From positions 1 to 59,563 of the forward strand of contig JAZDGU010000050.1 in NCBI GenBank assembly GCA_043806595.1: a stretch of DNA of 59,563 bases. Direction: 5' to 3'. The stretch's first letter is position 1. Every line of letters starts with the position of its first letter. Both the position numbers and the translations under genes were made by a program. Positions 1-8,212 of the stretch are shown piece after piece. A model generated the notes under the pieces. It saw only the letters and a program-made list of their open reading frames with translations, did no database searches and was not told the DNA's origin. Source of the DNA: Candidatus Micrarchaeota archaeon. Its GTDB lineage: Archaea > Micrarchaeota > Micrarchaeia > Norongarragalinales > SBBD01.

Positions 1-882
1 CGAACGCGCGTGCGGCGCGTAGTCGCAGAGTATCCAGCAGGCAACCATGGCGCTGTAGGAATCCCAGAGGCGCAGCACGTCGGAGGCCAATGCATACTTT
101 TCCCCGGACGACATGCCGCTCGAATAAACCTTGATGAAACCGGTTGCGGCAGGGTCCGGGACGAAGAAGGGCTTCTTCCACGAGGTCACGAACGGCGAGA
201 GCGCGCAGCAGAGGTCGATTGCGGGCGAGGAATGCATCGCCCACCCCCAGTCGACGAACGCCGCCCTGCGCGCGGCAATGACGACGTTGCCGGCCACGAG
301 GTCGTTGTGCACGAGGCACGGCCTGCAGGACTGCCTGCCGACCAGCGGGCCGTAGGCGGAATTGGCGGCCTTGCGCAGGATTTTGCGCGCCGCCGCGGGG
401 ACCTTGGAATACTGCCTTTCGCCGTAGTAGTCCAGCTGGCGGGCGATCCAATCGAGGGCGTCGCCCGTGGAGTGCAGCCCCCTGCCCGTTCCGGCCGTGC
501 CTTCGTGCAGCCGCCGGAGCGAACCGGCCAGCAAGCGAAGGTCTCTGGACTGGTCGAGCGGCCTGCCTGCGACGAACTCCTGGACCGAATAGGGGAAAAC
601 CTTCCCTGCAATAGACACCCGCCCGGCCTTGAATACGCGAGGGGAAATCTTGAGCGCCGCGACCCTCCCCCATACCTTCTTCTCGTAGTCGTACTGCACG
701 AAAACCGTCTTCTTGAGCGCCGGCGACTTCGAGAAGCGCACCGCATAGTCCTTGCCGCGCGAGCGCACCCTGAATACGGCGTTGTGGTAGCCCTCGGAAT
801 GGAACGACACGTCGGGGTACGAGAAGAATTGCATCCTGCGGATTTGCGCGGCGAACGCCTCACGCAGCCTTGCGGGGAGCAT
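1..882 (-). CDS. Phosphotransferase (aminoglycoside/choline-kinase-like, APH family) protein; C-terminus cut by window edge
   Basis: Not in the supplied ORF track because it has no stop in the window. My minus-strand translation from ATG 882 is open to nt 1 (294 codons). It reads MLPARLREAF...CLVHNDLVAGNVVIAARRAAFVDWGWAMHSSPAIDL..., which contains the HxDLxxxN catalytic loop followed by D-W-G, as in APH/ChoK-type kinases. Confidence 0.6.
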   Translation of the reverse strand, partial: MLPARLREAFAAQIRRMQFFSYPDVSFHSEGYHNAVFRVRSRGKDYAVRFSKSPALKKTVFVQYDYEKKVWGRVAALKISPRVFKAGRVSIAGKVFPYSVQEFVAGRPLDQSRDLRLLAGSLRRLHEGTAGTGRGLHSTGDALDWIARQLDYYGERQYSKVPAAARKILRKAANSAYGPLVGRQSCRPCLVHNDLVAGNVVIAARRAAFVDWGWAMHSSPAIDLCCALSPFVTSWKKPFFVPDPAATGFIKVYSSGMSSGEKYALASDVLRLWDSYSAMVACWILCDYAPHARS

Positions 883-925
883 GAGAAGAAGTTGCTGCGG
901 ATGGCATTAAAAGCCCAACGGCCGG

Positions 926-1489
926 CTACTGCTTCTGCAGCATCTCGCTCCTAGCGTGCTCCACCTGCGAGCGCACCATGTCCTGCTTGTGCTTCAGCGC
1001 GCCCACGAGCGAGCCGGAGTATTTCAGGACCATCAGGTTGTCGTATATGCGGTTCATCTGCGCGAAGTAGTATTCGGCGTCCTCCTTCCTTCCGTCGCGG
1101 AGGGAGAGCTGCAGCGCGCGGCGGAGTTCCCCGACGGCGTCCGCAAGCCCGGACAGCCAGGCGCGGAATTCAACGCCCAATTCCTCGAACGCGGGTATTT
1201 CCTTCCTTTTGAAGAGCGCGTCCAGAACCTTGATTTCCACCACTTCCTGGTACGCCTGCTGGGAGATGTGCTCGAAGCCCTCGTCGACCTTCTTCAAAGA
1301 AACGACCTGGAGGTCGATTTCTGGAAGCAGCGCCTCGCAGCCCGCGATGTCGCCGACGTGCAGGAACCGTATAGCCTTGGCGCAGTTGCGCACGAGCTCG
1401 CGCTGCAGCTGCAGGACCGCGTCCTGCCGCCTCTCCTTCTCCGCAAGCATGGCGTCGATGCCCGCTATGGATTTCTCGAAATCGGCCAT
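926..1489 (-). CDS. Translin-family protein
   Basis: ORF 926..1498. The helical protein has ...YQEVVEIKVL... and GLADAVGELRR motifs typical of the translin family. ATG at 1489 is preferred over GTG at 1498. A TATA-like TTTTTAATTC lies upstream. Confidence 0.6.
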   Translation of the reverse strand: MADFEKSIAGIDAMLAEKERRQDAVLQLQRELVRNCAKAIRFLHVGDIAGCEALLPEIDLQVVSLKKVDEGFEHISQQAYQEVVEIKVLDALFKRKEIPAFEELGVEFRAWLSGLADAVGELRRALQLSLRDGRKEDAEYYFAQMNRIYDNLMVLKYSGSLVGALKHKQDMVRSQVEHARSEMLQKQ

Positions 1490-1587
1490 ATGTTTCACCG
1501 CAGAAAGAGGCTAACCGCCGGGTGGTAAGAATTAAAAACCCGATTGAAATAAAGCCTTCCTGCATTTAAAAAGAGGGGGGTTGCCGC

Positions 1588-2277
1588 ATGCGCACGGTAG
1601 TGGTCTCTCTCGGGGGCTCGATGCTTTTCGCCAAGGCGGGCGTTGACACCGACTACCTGAAGAGGATAACCGCACTGTTCAAGAAGCTCCACAAGGACAC
1701 GCGCCTCGCCGTGGTGACCGGCGGGGGATTGTTCGCGCGCGAATACTCGAATTCAATCCGCGAGGCCGGAGGCAGCGAGTTCCTCGCCGACCGCGCCGCG
1801 ATCCTGGCGACGAAGGCGAATGCGACTATGCTCATCGCGGCGCTAGGGGACGCGGCATACCCGAAGATAATCCAGGACCCGGACGACGCTGCCGTGGCGA
1901 TCGCCTCGGGGAAGATACCCGTCGGCTGCGGCATACTCGAGGGCGTGACCACGGACTTCGACTCGATGCTCATCGCGGAACGCCTTGGCGCGGACGCGCT
2001 CGTCAACCTGAGCAACACGGAAGCCGTCTACACCGCGGACCCGAAGAAGGACAGGTCGGCGAAGAAGCTCGCAAAAATGACGCACCAGCAGCTCGTGGAC
2101 ATGGCCTCGCTTGCCGACCAGCGGCGCGCGGGCACGCACTTCGTGTTCGACGTGGTGGCGTGCAAGGTCGCGGCGCGCGCGGGCATCGAGCTGCACTTCG
2201 TCAACGGCAGGGACCTCAAGCAGGTCGAGCACGCCATCCTCGGAAAGCCCCACCAGGGAACCATTGTGAAGGACTAG
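1588..2277 (+). CDS. pyrH: UMP kinase (archaeal type)
   Basis: 229 aa. It has VVSLGGS...VVTGGG...GVTTD motifs of the amino-acid-kinase fold UMP kinase. TATA (CATTTAAAAAG) lies about 20 nt upstream, so the gene looks leaderless. Confidence 0.9.
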   Translation: MRTVVVSLGGSMLFAKAGVDTDYLKRITALFKKLHKDTRLAVVTGGGLFAREYSNSIREAGGSEFLADRAAILATKANATMLIAALGDAAYPKIIQDPDDAAVAIASGKIPVGCGILEGVTTDFDSMLIAERLGADALVNLSNTEAVYTADPKKDRSAKKLAKMTHQQLVDMASLADQRRAGTHFVFDVVACKVAARAGIELHFVNGRDLKQVEHAILGKPHQGTIVKD

Positions 2278-2711
2278 CCGCCTATGCACGCCTCGAGGAT
2301 TGCGGTCCTGCCCTCCAGCAGTGCGGGCCTCCGCACGCACAACCCCTTGACGGATTTGGCCTGCAGTAAAACATCGCCATCCAAAGCGAATACTTTCACT
2401 GAAGCATTCAACCTGATTCCCAGAATGGCTGCCGCCTTCTGCAGCGTAGTCTCATTGAACGCTTCCAGCGCCCCGGGGGAGAGCTCGTTCGAGAACGCGG
2501 CTCTTCCTTCACAGCGCAGAAGGCCGCCGTCCTCCGGGCAGCGCTTGAGAATGAAATCGGCGAGCAGCATCGCCTCCGCTTGCCTTGACTCAAGCGAGCG
2601 CTGGAACGCGACGCGGGAGGACTGGATGGAGAATGCAGAGACGAGGATTGCGGCCATGGCAGTGACGGCAACCGCGGCGAAGAGCACATCCCACGAGAAG
2701 AACGCGCGCAT
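2274..2711 (-). CDS. Hypothetical N-terminally membrane-anchored protein
   Basis: Internal ATG (M59) of ORF 2274..2885 gives MRAFFSWDVLFAAVAVTAMAAILVSAF..., a short charged N-terminus followed by a hydrophobic helix. The upstream extension runs into the AT-rich divergent promoter region. Confidence 0.4.
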   Translation of the reverse strand: MRAFFSWDVLFAAVAVTAMAAILVSAFSIQSSRVAFQRSLESRQAEAMLLADFILKRCPEDGGLLRCEGRAAFSNELSPGALEAFNETTLQKAAAILGIRLNASVKVFALDGDVLLQAKSVKGLCVRRPALLEGRTAILEACIGG

Positions 2712-2849
2712 GGAGGACCGAAACACCCTCTGGAGCCTCCACGGAGTGCATAGAGGGGAATAGGCTTTTAAACCATCAGATAGCCTTAAATAGTCTAAAC
2801 TGTATCCTGAAAGCAGGCACACGTTTTCGAGAAACTTGGTGATAAAAGT

Positions 2850-3671
2850 ATGTACGGAGCCGCACCTGGAGGGAAGACGCAGCACCTGGAGAGCTCTGTC
2901 CCGCTGATACTGATAATCATCCTAGCGATATTCATCGCGGGCAACTTCGGTTTCATCAACTTCTCCGACGTGCCCATCCTGGGCAACATCTTCGGAGGAA
3001 AGGTCATCAAGGTCGGGGTAGTCGGCAGGATTTCCCCGGACATGAAGACGATGCTGACCACGGAAGAGTTCCGCACGAACGGAATATATTACGGAACCGG
3101 CGACGGGCTGAGGCCCGACCAGCTCTTCGGCAACGTGCTCAAGCCCTTCGACGTGATCATACTGCAGGGCCAGCAGACGTGCGACCGCAGCGCCCGCAAG
3201 ACGATAACCGACTGGGTCAAGAGCGGCGGCAAGCTCATCGTGATAGGCGACGCGTGCACGCGCGTGACCGAGGACCTGGCGGCGGTCGGCTGGAGCGTCG
3301 GCATCGGCCTGCTTGGCGACGTCATGCCCGCTACCATCGGCGGAGTGACCCCCGAGAAGGAGCCGATCACCACCGGATGCTCGAGCGGCAAGCTCAAGTT
3401 CCTCAACCCCGAGCACCCCATCCTGAGCGGCATAAAGAACTTCCAGTTCTCCGGGCGCACGGTCAACGTGTTCCCGAACGCCAACTCGAACCTCATCGCG
3501 ACCATCGACTGCAGCGACACCGGCAAGGTCAACGCGCCCGCGACTTTCGCGATACTCGAGAGCTCAGGAATCCTGACGGGCAAGGTCGTATACTTCGCGT
3601 TCGACCCCGGCACGACCTCGAGGAACATGTTCCTCAACACGCTCAAGTACCTCAAGAGCCAGCGCGGCTAA
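2850..3671 (+). CDS. Hypothetical membrane-anchored protein (flavodoxin/GATase1-like fold suspected)
   Basis: 273 aa with one N-terminal TM helix (LILIIILAIFIAGNFGF). Coding-like composition. No recognisable catalytic motif. Confidence 0.5.
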   Translation: MYGAAPGGKTQHLESSVPLILIIILAIFIAGNFGFINFSDVPILGNIFGGKVIKVGVVGRISPDMKTMLTTEEFRTNGIYYGTGDGLRPDQLFGNVLKPFDVIILQGQQTCDRSARKTITDWVKSGGKLIVIGDACTRVTEDLAAVGWSVGIGLLGDVMPATIGGVTPEKEPITTGCSSGKLKFLNPEHPILSGIKNFQFSGRTVNVFPNANSNLIATIDCSDTGKVNAPATFAILESSGILTGKVVYFAFDPGTTSRNMFLNTLKYLKSQRG

Positions 3672-3781
3672 ACCCCACGCCGGCCCCGTTTTCTTTTTAT
3701 TTCGGAAGCGCTAACACCTAGTGGGGTGCGTTTGCCATCATCATCGGGATAGACGCGGGGGCGACTGTCGCGTTTGCAGCC

Positions 3782-4150
3782 GTGGACTTCGACGGCCGCG
3801 TGGTCGCGAAGGCGAGCAGGCGCAACATCGGCAGGGAAAGGCTCATCGAGATGCTTGCGCCCTTCTCGCCCGTCATCGTCGCGAGCGACACCAACCCGCC
3901 GAGCAAATTGTCGAAGGCAATCGCGGCCGCATTCAATGCGAGGCTCTCGTTCCCCCGGCACTCGCTGACCTACGCCGAAAAGTCGCGCATGACGAGGGAC
4001 TGCGGCTACAACAACGCGCACGAGAAGGACGCGATTGCGGCGGCGCTCAAGGCCTACCACGGCATTGAGAACAAGATGCGGCAGGCGGGCAGGCACGGCG
4101 CGAGCAAGGAAAAGGTGGCTGCGGGAAGAAGAATCAGGGACGCGGTCTGA
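3782..4150 (+). CDS. RNase H-fold (DUF460-like) protein; true N-terminus uncertain
   Basis: The ORF starts at GTG 3782. The 20 in-frame codons upstream (3722-3781) read WGAFAIIIGIDAGATVAFAA, a classic IGIDxG first strand, but lack any start codon. See findings. Confidence 0.4.
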   Translation: MDFDGRVVAKASRRNIGRERLIEMLAPFSPVIVASDTNPPSKLSKAIAAAFNARLSFPRHSLTYAEKSRMTRDCGYNNAHEKDAIAAALKAYHGIENKMRQAGRHGASKEKVAAGRRIRDAV

Positions 4151-4227
4151 CGGACGGCAGGGAAAGGGAACCCCCGATGCGCAAAGTTATTTAACGCTCG
4201 CGGTGACGGCAATATCGTGGTGTCTGC

Positions 4228-5052
4228 ATGAGGAATATTCTGGTAGTGCTGGCCGTTCTGCTTGTCACATCCGCCAGGGCGGACGTGATTCTGCCGGGAG
4301 AACACTCCATCGAATACTGCGCAATAATCGGCAACCTTGGCGACTACCCAGATTACGTGTTCTTCCACTGGGGCGCGCCGGGAGCCGACCGCGTTCCGGA
4401 ATCCGCGCTCTCATCGCTAGTGCCCGTGCAAGAAGGAGAGTGCATGAGATTCTACAAGTTCAACCGCGAGAGGGTATACGCCGTCCACGAGAGCAAATAC
4501 TACGGCGGCAACTACGGTCCGGGGGACTTGCTTGTTTCCGAGGGGTATATGACGGCCGTCGCCGTGCTTCCCGATTCCGACCCCCGGACCAAGGTCACCG
4601 ACACGTACTTTGTCGAGCTCGACGCCCAAAGGAAGACTCTCTCGCTGGCGGTTGCTGATACGACATCACAGAAGAACACCTGGACGGTGCACCGCATTGC
4701 GCTCTTCGCATTGGCGGCAGCGCTCACGCTGCTGATAGAGCTGGCAATCGCGTTCGGATATTGCAGGTGGAGGGGCGCGGATTGGAATGGCGTCAAGAAC
4801 GCGGTGATTGTAGGGAACATCATCTCACTGCCTGTCGTCTGGCTCCTCGTGCCGTATTTCTTCCTCACGGGCGTGCTGCTGATTCTCGCGAGCGAGGTTC
4901 TGGCGTTTGGCATCGAATACGCGGTGCTTCGGAAATACGCGCCGGGTGTCAGCAACGTCGAAGCGGCCCTGCTCTCTGCGGTGATGAACACCGTTTCCTA
5001 TGCAGCAGGAATGGCCGCGTTCCCCTTGTTTGCGGCAGTGCTGCCGCTATGA
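4228..5052 (+). CDS. Hypothetical secreted/membrane protein
   Basis: 274 aa. Signal peptide MRNILVVLAVLLVTSARA, a soluble domain, then about 4 C-terminal TM helices. Confidence 0.5.
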   Translation: MRNILVVLAVLLVTSARADVILPGEHSIEYCAIIGNLGDYPDYVFFHWGAPGADRVPESALSSLVPVQEGECMRFYKFNRERVYAVHESKYYGGNYGPGDLLVSEGYMTAVAVLPDSDPRTKVTDTYFVELDAQRKTLSLAVADTTSQKNTWTVHRIALFALAAALTLLIELAIAFGYCRWRGADWNGVKNAVIVGNIISLPVVWLLVPYFFLTGVLLILASEVLAFGIEYAVLRKYAPGVSNVEAALLSAVMNTVSYAAGMAAFPLFAAVLPL

Positions 5053-5823
5053 GCGGATGGCCTTCAGCCGCTTCTCGAGGTCGGCCTTCAGCTTGTCGGC
5101 GATGAAGTGCTGCGTGAAGAAGTCTGCCTTGGCGGCGATAGAGAGTTTTGTTGACAACGCCCTTGCGATTTTTCCACGTTGTTTCAGCGGGGCGCCGCGG
5201 ATGAGGTTGCTCTGGAAGATGATGCCGTGCTTGGGCGGCCTGCTGCCCGTGCGCAGGTGCTTGAAGAGCGCCTTCTCCGCGCCCATTACCTGGAGCGTGC
5301 TTGCGGGCATCGAGGCAAGCCGCGCGAGCGAGCCCGCGGTCTGCAGCAGGCGCGCCGCGAGCAGCGGGTCGGTGAGGTAGGAAACGTTCTTCAGCAGCGC
5401 CTCGGACTCCTTGGAGATATAGGATTCCAGCGCGGCCCTAGTCTCTATTAGGGAAAGCACGCCCTTAGCGAGAGACGCGACGGCGTTGCGGTCCGCGATG
5501 TCGAAGGAGGCGCCGTAGCTCGCCTCGGCCTTCTGGAGCAGCTCTGTGGCGCGCTTCTCGCCGACGACCTCCTCGAGCTTCGTGTACTCGAAGTATTCCT
5601 TTGCCCCGAATTCGGCCACGATGCGGCAGAGGCTCTCCTCGTTCTGCAGGTCGACGTCCGGGAAATTGGACTTGAACCACTCCAGCAGCCGCTCGTAGAG
5701 CAGCGCCTTTGCCTCGTCCAAATCGTCGACGGTCCTCACGGCCTGGATGATGTGCAGGTCCTTGCGCGAGAGCTCCTTCTGGACAGTCTTCTTTGCACGC
5801 TTGATATAGTCCTCGCGCTTCAT
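5047..5823 (-). CDS. nop5: Nop5 (Nop56/58) C/D-box sRNP protein, lacking the N-terminal domain
   Basis: Starts at the internal ATG of ORF 5047..6225. The 258-aa product carries the coiled-coil plus Nop domain (...LTDPLLAARLLQTAGSLARLASMPASTLQVMGAEKALFKH...KHGIIFQ...). The ATG overlaps the RPA stop as ATGA. The 134-aa upstream extension of the track ORF is Arg-rich nonsense overlapping RPA. Confidence 0.8.
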   Translation of the reverse strand: MKREDYIKRAKKTVQKELSRKDLHIIQAVRTVDDLDEAKALLYERLLEWFKSNFPDVDLQNEESLCRIVAEFGAKEYFEYTKLEEVVGEKRATELLQKAEASYGASFDIADRNAVASLAKGVLSLIETRAALESYISKESEALLKNVSYLTDPLLAARLLQTAGSLARLASMPASTLQVMGAEKALFKHLRTGSRPPKHGIIFQSNLIRGAPLKQRGKIARALSTKLSIAAKADFFTQHFIADKLKADLEKRLKAIRS

Positions 5824-7040
5824 TCGATTCCGCCCTCGAGAACCTCCACGGCCTCGTATTTGACGACGTTGGCCTTGGAGTGCTTCTGGACAATAAGTCG
5901 GAGCTTCGAGCCTTTTAAATGCACTTCCTTGAGCGCCAAAACGGTCCCGGCGTCGAAGCGCGGCGCGCGGCGGAGTTGCAGCAGCGCGAGCGCCGGTCTC
6001 CCCGAGAAAGAGACCACGACGGAGCCGCTCGAGTCGTAGAGTTCCGCATCCGCGGAAACCGCGCCGTTTGCGGATGAGGAGACGGATAGTACGCGCCTGA
6101 CCTGCGCGAGGACGACTCCCCTGCCGGCGGACTTGAGCATGGAGATTGACACCGAGGGCTCGGAGGGGCCGGTCCTGCGGCCGAAGGGGTGCGACGGCGG
6201 GTCGAAGACCGCGTGCGTCTGCCACGTATTCTGGAGCTCCGGGCCGGACTGGCCCCTGCGCACCATGGCTGCCTCGAGCTTGAACACGTCGCCGGACCGG
6301 ATATGGCGGGAGCCCCGCTCGGCATAGTAATCCCAGAGCACGACGTGCACCTGCCTGCCTTCGGCGTCCTCGGCCTGCACGTTGAGCACCCTGCCTTTCC
6401 GGCCGGAGCGCTCGAATTCACGCAAGTCGGACACTGCTGTTGCCTTGAGGCAGATGTCGACCGTCCCGCCTTCACGCAACGCCGCTGCATCGGCAAGCGG
6501 CACCTGCGGTTCAGGAAGGCCGGCCACCTCAGCGGTCGACAGCCCCCGGCCGCGCTTGAAGAGCCGGACCTCGGTGAGCAGGCCCGAGTGCAGCTCGAGA
6601 GGGTTGAAATTCTTCACCGCTAGGCCTATGAGCTCCAAAACGTCGCCGCGCTCGAGGCCCCGGCGCTCCATCCAGCGCACGTCCTCCTCCCAGAACACCA
6701 GCACCGCCTTGCTTGTGGAATCCGCGACATCTATGTTGCACACGCGGCCCTGGCGGCCGTCGGCCTCGAAGGCGCGGGGCGAGTTTATCTGCATGACGCG
6801 CACGAGGGCGTCGGGCTCCGCGATTTTTTCCGCGGCGATCCGCGACAATGGCTGATGGACGCGCGCCGGCGCGTCTTCGGGAACGACGGTTCCAAGGTCC
6901 CGGAGCACTAGCCTTGCGGCTGAGTCGCCGTCGATGAGGCCACTGTATTCCCTCTCCTTGGCCTCGATGTTGTGCCTGACCTCCTCCTCGGAAAGCCTGC
7001 TCTTCTGGACCGCAAGGCGGACCAGACCGTCAAAGTCCAT
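5820..7040 (-). CDS. Replication protein A-like ssDNA-binding protein (multiple OB folds)
   Basis: ORF 5820..7058, with ATG at 7040 (MDFDGLV...) preferred over GTG 7058. Three repeated units of the type G(R)V.N..V.D..G...(VV)LW... are typical of archaeal RPA OB folds. Confidence 0.7.
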   Translation of the reverse strand: MDFDGLVRLAVQKSRLSEEEVRHNIEAKEREYSGLIDGDSAARLVLRDLGTVVPEDAPARVHQPLSRIAAEKIAEPDALVRVMQINSPRAFEADGRQGRVCNIDVADSTSKAVLVFWEEDVRWMERRGLERGDVLELIGLAVKNFNPLELHSGLLTEVRLFKRGRGLSTAEVAGLPEPQVPLADAAALREGGTVDICLKATAVSDLREFERSGRKGRVLNVQAEDAEGRQVHVVLWDYYAERGSRHIRSGDVFKLEAAMVRRGQSGPELQNTWQTHAVFDPPSHPFGRRTGPSEPSVSISMLKSAGRGVVLAQVRRVLSVSSSANGAVSADAELYDSSGSVVVSFSGRPALALLQLRRAPRFDAGTVLALKEVHLKGSKLRLIVQKHSKANVVKYEAVEVLEGGIE

Positions 7041-7090
7041 GTGAAAAACCGGCAACACCGGAAACCGAATACCGATGGCTTAATGCTGAA

Positions 7091-7409
7091 AACCGTGATG
7101 GGAAGGCGGATGGGGCCGTAGTCCGTCTTTTGTTGTCTGCGGCATTGGTCTGAGCGGGCAGCAAAGGCCCTTGCGCCCCGGCGCGTTTGACGCGCCTGCC
7201 GGCGGGGCCGTTTCACCCGCGCTCCCCCTTCGACGCTCGCGACGCTCATTGCTCGGAGGGATGCGGTGTCGTTTCTGTTCCCACGCCGTCTGCCTTAGGC
7301 AGGCCGTATTGCAGGCCGTGCAAGACATCGTGTCCCGGGCGGACGGAACTTCCTCCCCCGAATCCTTGCGGAAACGAGGGTCGGCCGCACACCCCCCCGC
7401 CTTCCCGTC
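7091..7409 (-). ncRNA. rnpB: RNase P RNA (type A-like)
   Basis: Minus-strand RNA of about 320 nt. P1 pairs GGGAAGGCGG (7397-7406) with CCGCCUUCCC (7100-7109). The CR-I-like GGGAGGAAGUUCCGUCC has its AGU-U-CCGUC paired with GACGGACU near the 3' end, giving P4 with the conserved bulged U. There is a 3' ACAAAAGACGGACUAC, as well as GGGUGAAA and AACAGAAAC elements. A TATA box lies 20-25 nt upstream and an oligo-U (GGUUUUC) at the 3' end. The region has no credible CDS. Confidence 0.75.
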
Positions 7410-7428
7410 AATATTATGCCGGCGGAGG

Positions 7429-7436
7429 TATTTAAG
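7429..7436 (-). promoter_or_regulatory. TATA box for RNase P RNA
   Basis: The minus strand reads CTTAAATA, centred about 26 nt upstream of the first P1 nucleotide. Confidence 0.55.
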
Positions 7437-7446
7437 ACATCGCAAT

Positions 7447-8145
7447 TCAGGCGGCGGCGATTGTTACGCCGAGCAGCTCCCCTTCCTTGAGCCTGTACCT
7501 GCCGCGCAGGTTTTCGCCTGCCACGAGCTCGACGATGTTCTCGCCGTGGTGGGTCCTGTCCGGGATAACCACCGCGCACGCGATTTTCCTGCCGCGGGAA
7601 TGCAGCTCGCACGGGAAGAGCCTCGCGCCGCCGAAGTTCCTGCCCTCGCGGTCGAAGCCAGCCACGCGGAGGCCGGGCATCGAAAGCAGCCGGCGCTTCG
7701 ACTCGACGGAAGCGGCGTCGGAGAGCACGATGTTGAGGGTGCCCGGGAATGGACGGTAGCCCAGCAGGTCGGAGAACTGTTTTGCGTATCCCGGCTGCTT
7801 GAGGTAGTAGCCACCCTCGCCGAGGCCCCGCGAAAGCCTGCCTTTGAGATACAGGCGGCCTGCAGGCTTGAGCGACTGGGAAAGCGAGGAGGAAAGTGAG
7901 GACAGCGCTTCCGCGGCCCTGGGGGTGAGGCGCACGAAGCCGAAGCCGCGCTCTACGAAACCCTCGGCGGCGAGCTCGGCCAGCCAGCGGGAAACCGTCT
8001 GCTGCGAGACGCCCATCCCGGAGGCGATGGATGACGTGCTCGCCCTGACCCCGGGGCCGACGGCCCCCATGGAAGCCAGGCGGACCAGCATGCCCAGCCG
8101 GTTTTGCAGGACTCCGGCAACGCCAATTACGCGATTACGGGTCAT
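7447..8145 (-). CDS. rbkR: CTP-dependent riboflavin kinase fused to an N-terminal wHTH (RbkR-type regulator/kinase)
   Basis: Internal ATG 8145 of ORF 7447..8334. N-terminal HTH (GMGVSQQTVSRWLAELAAEGFVER) plus a C-terminal archaeal riboflavin kinase domain (...GYRPFPGTLNI...GARLFPC...VVIPDRTHHG...). The TATA is 26 nt upstream (leaderless). Confidence 0.8.
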   Translation of the reverse strand: MTRNRVIGVAGVLQNRLGMLVRLASMGAVGPGVRASTSSIASGMGVSQQTVSRWLAELAAEGFVERGFGFVRLTPRAAEALSSLSSSLSQSLKPAGRLYLKGRLSRGLGEGGYYLKQPGYAKQFSDLLGYRPFPGTLNIVLSDAASVESKRRLLSMPGLRVAGFDREGRNFGGARLFPCELHSRGRKIACAVVIPDRTHHGENIVELVAGENLRGRYRLKEGELLGVTIAAA

Positions 8146-8170
8146 TTGCTGAATCCGGTGGCACTGCTGG

Positions 8171-8178
8171 TTTAAATA
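8171..8178. promoter_or_regulatory. Shared TATA box (TTTAAATA) between divergent rbkR and flavodoxin-like genes
   Basis: It lies 26 nt from the rbkR ATG (8145) and 35 nt from the flavodoxin ATG (8213). The TTTAAA core is palindromic. Confidence 0.5.
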
Positions 8179-8212
8179 CGTTGGGTAATTATTGGCTTGG
8201 GGGTTTTGCATC

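Noticed and set aside
5824-6225. N-terminal 134-aa extension of the nop5 ORF
   Set aside because: It overlaps the RPA coding region in another frame and is Arg/Gly-rich. The Nop5 homology begins at the ATG at 5823, which overlaps the RPA stop.
7091-7409. Alternative reading of this structured RNA as SRP (7S) RNA
   Set aside because: I found no helix-8 GGAA/AGCA-type SRP motif. By contrast, the CR-I-like sequence, the bulged-U P4 pairing and the ACAAAAGACGGACUAC 3' element fit RNase P.
7080-7899. ORFs 7171-7899(+), 7080-7445(-) and 7187-7435(+) in the RPA-rbkR gap
   Set aside because: The region is better explained by an RNase P RNA with P1/P4 pairing, its own TATA box and an oligo-U end. 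The peptides are low-complexity.
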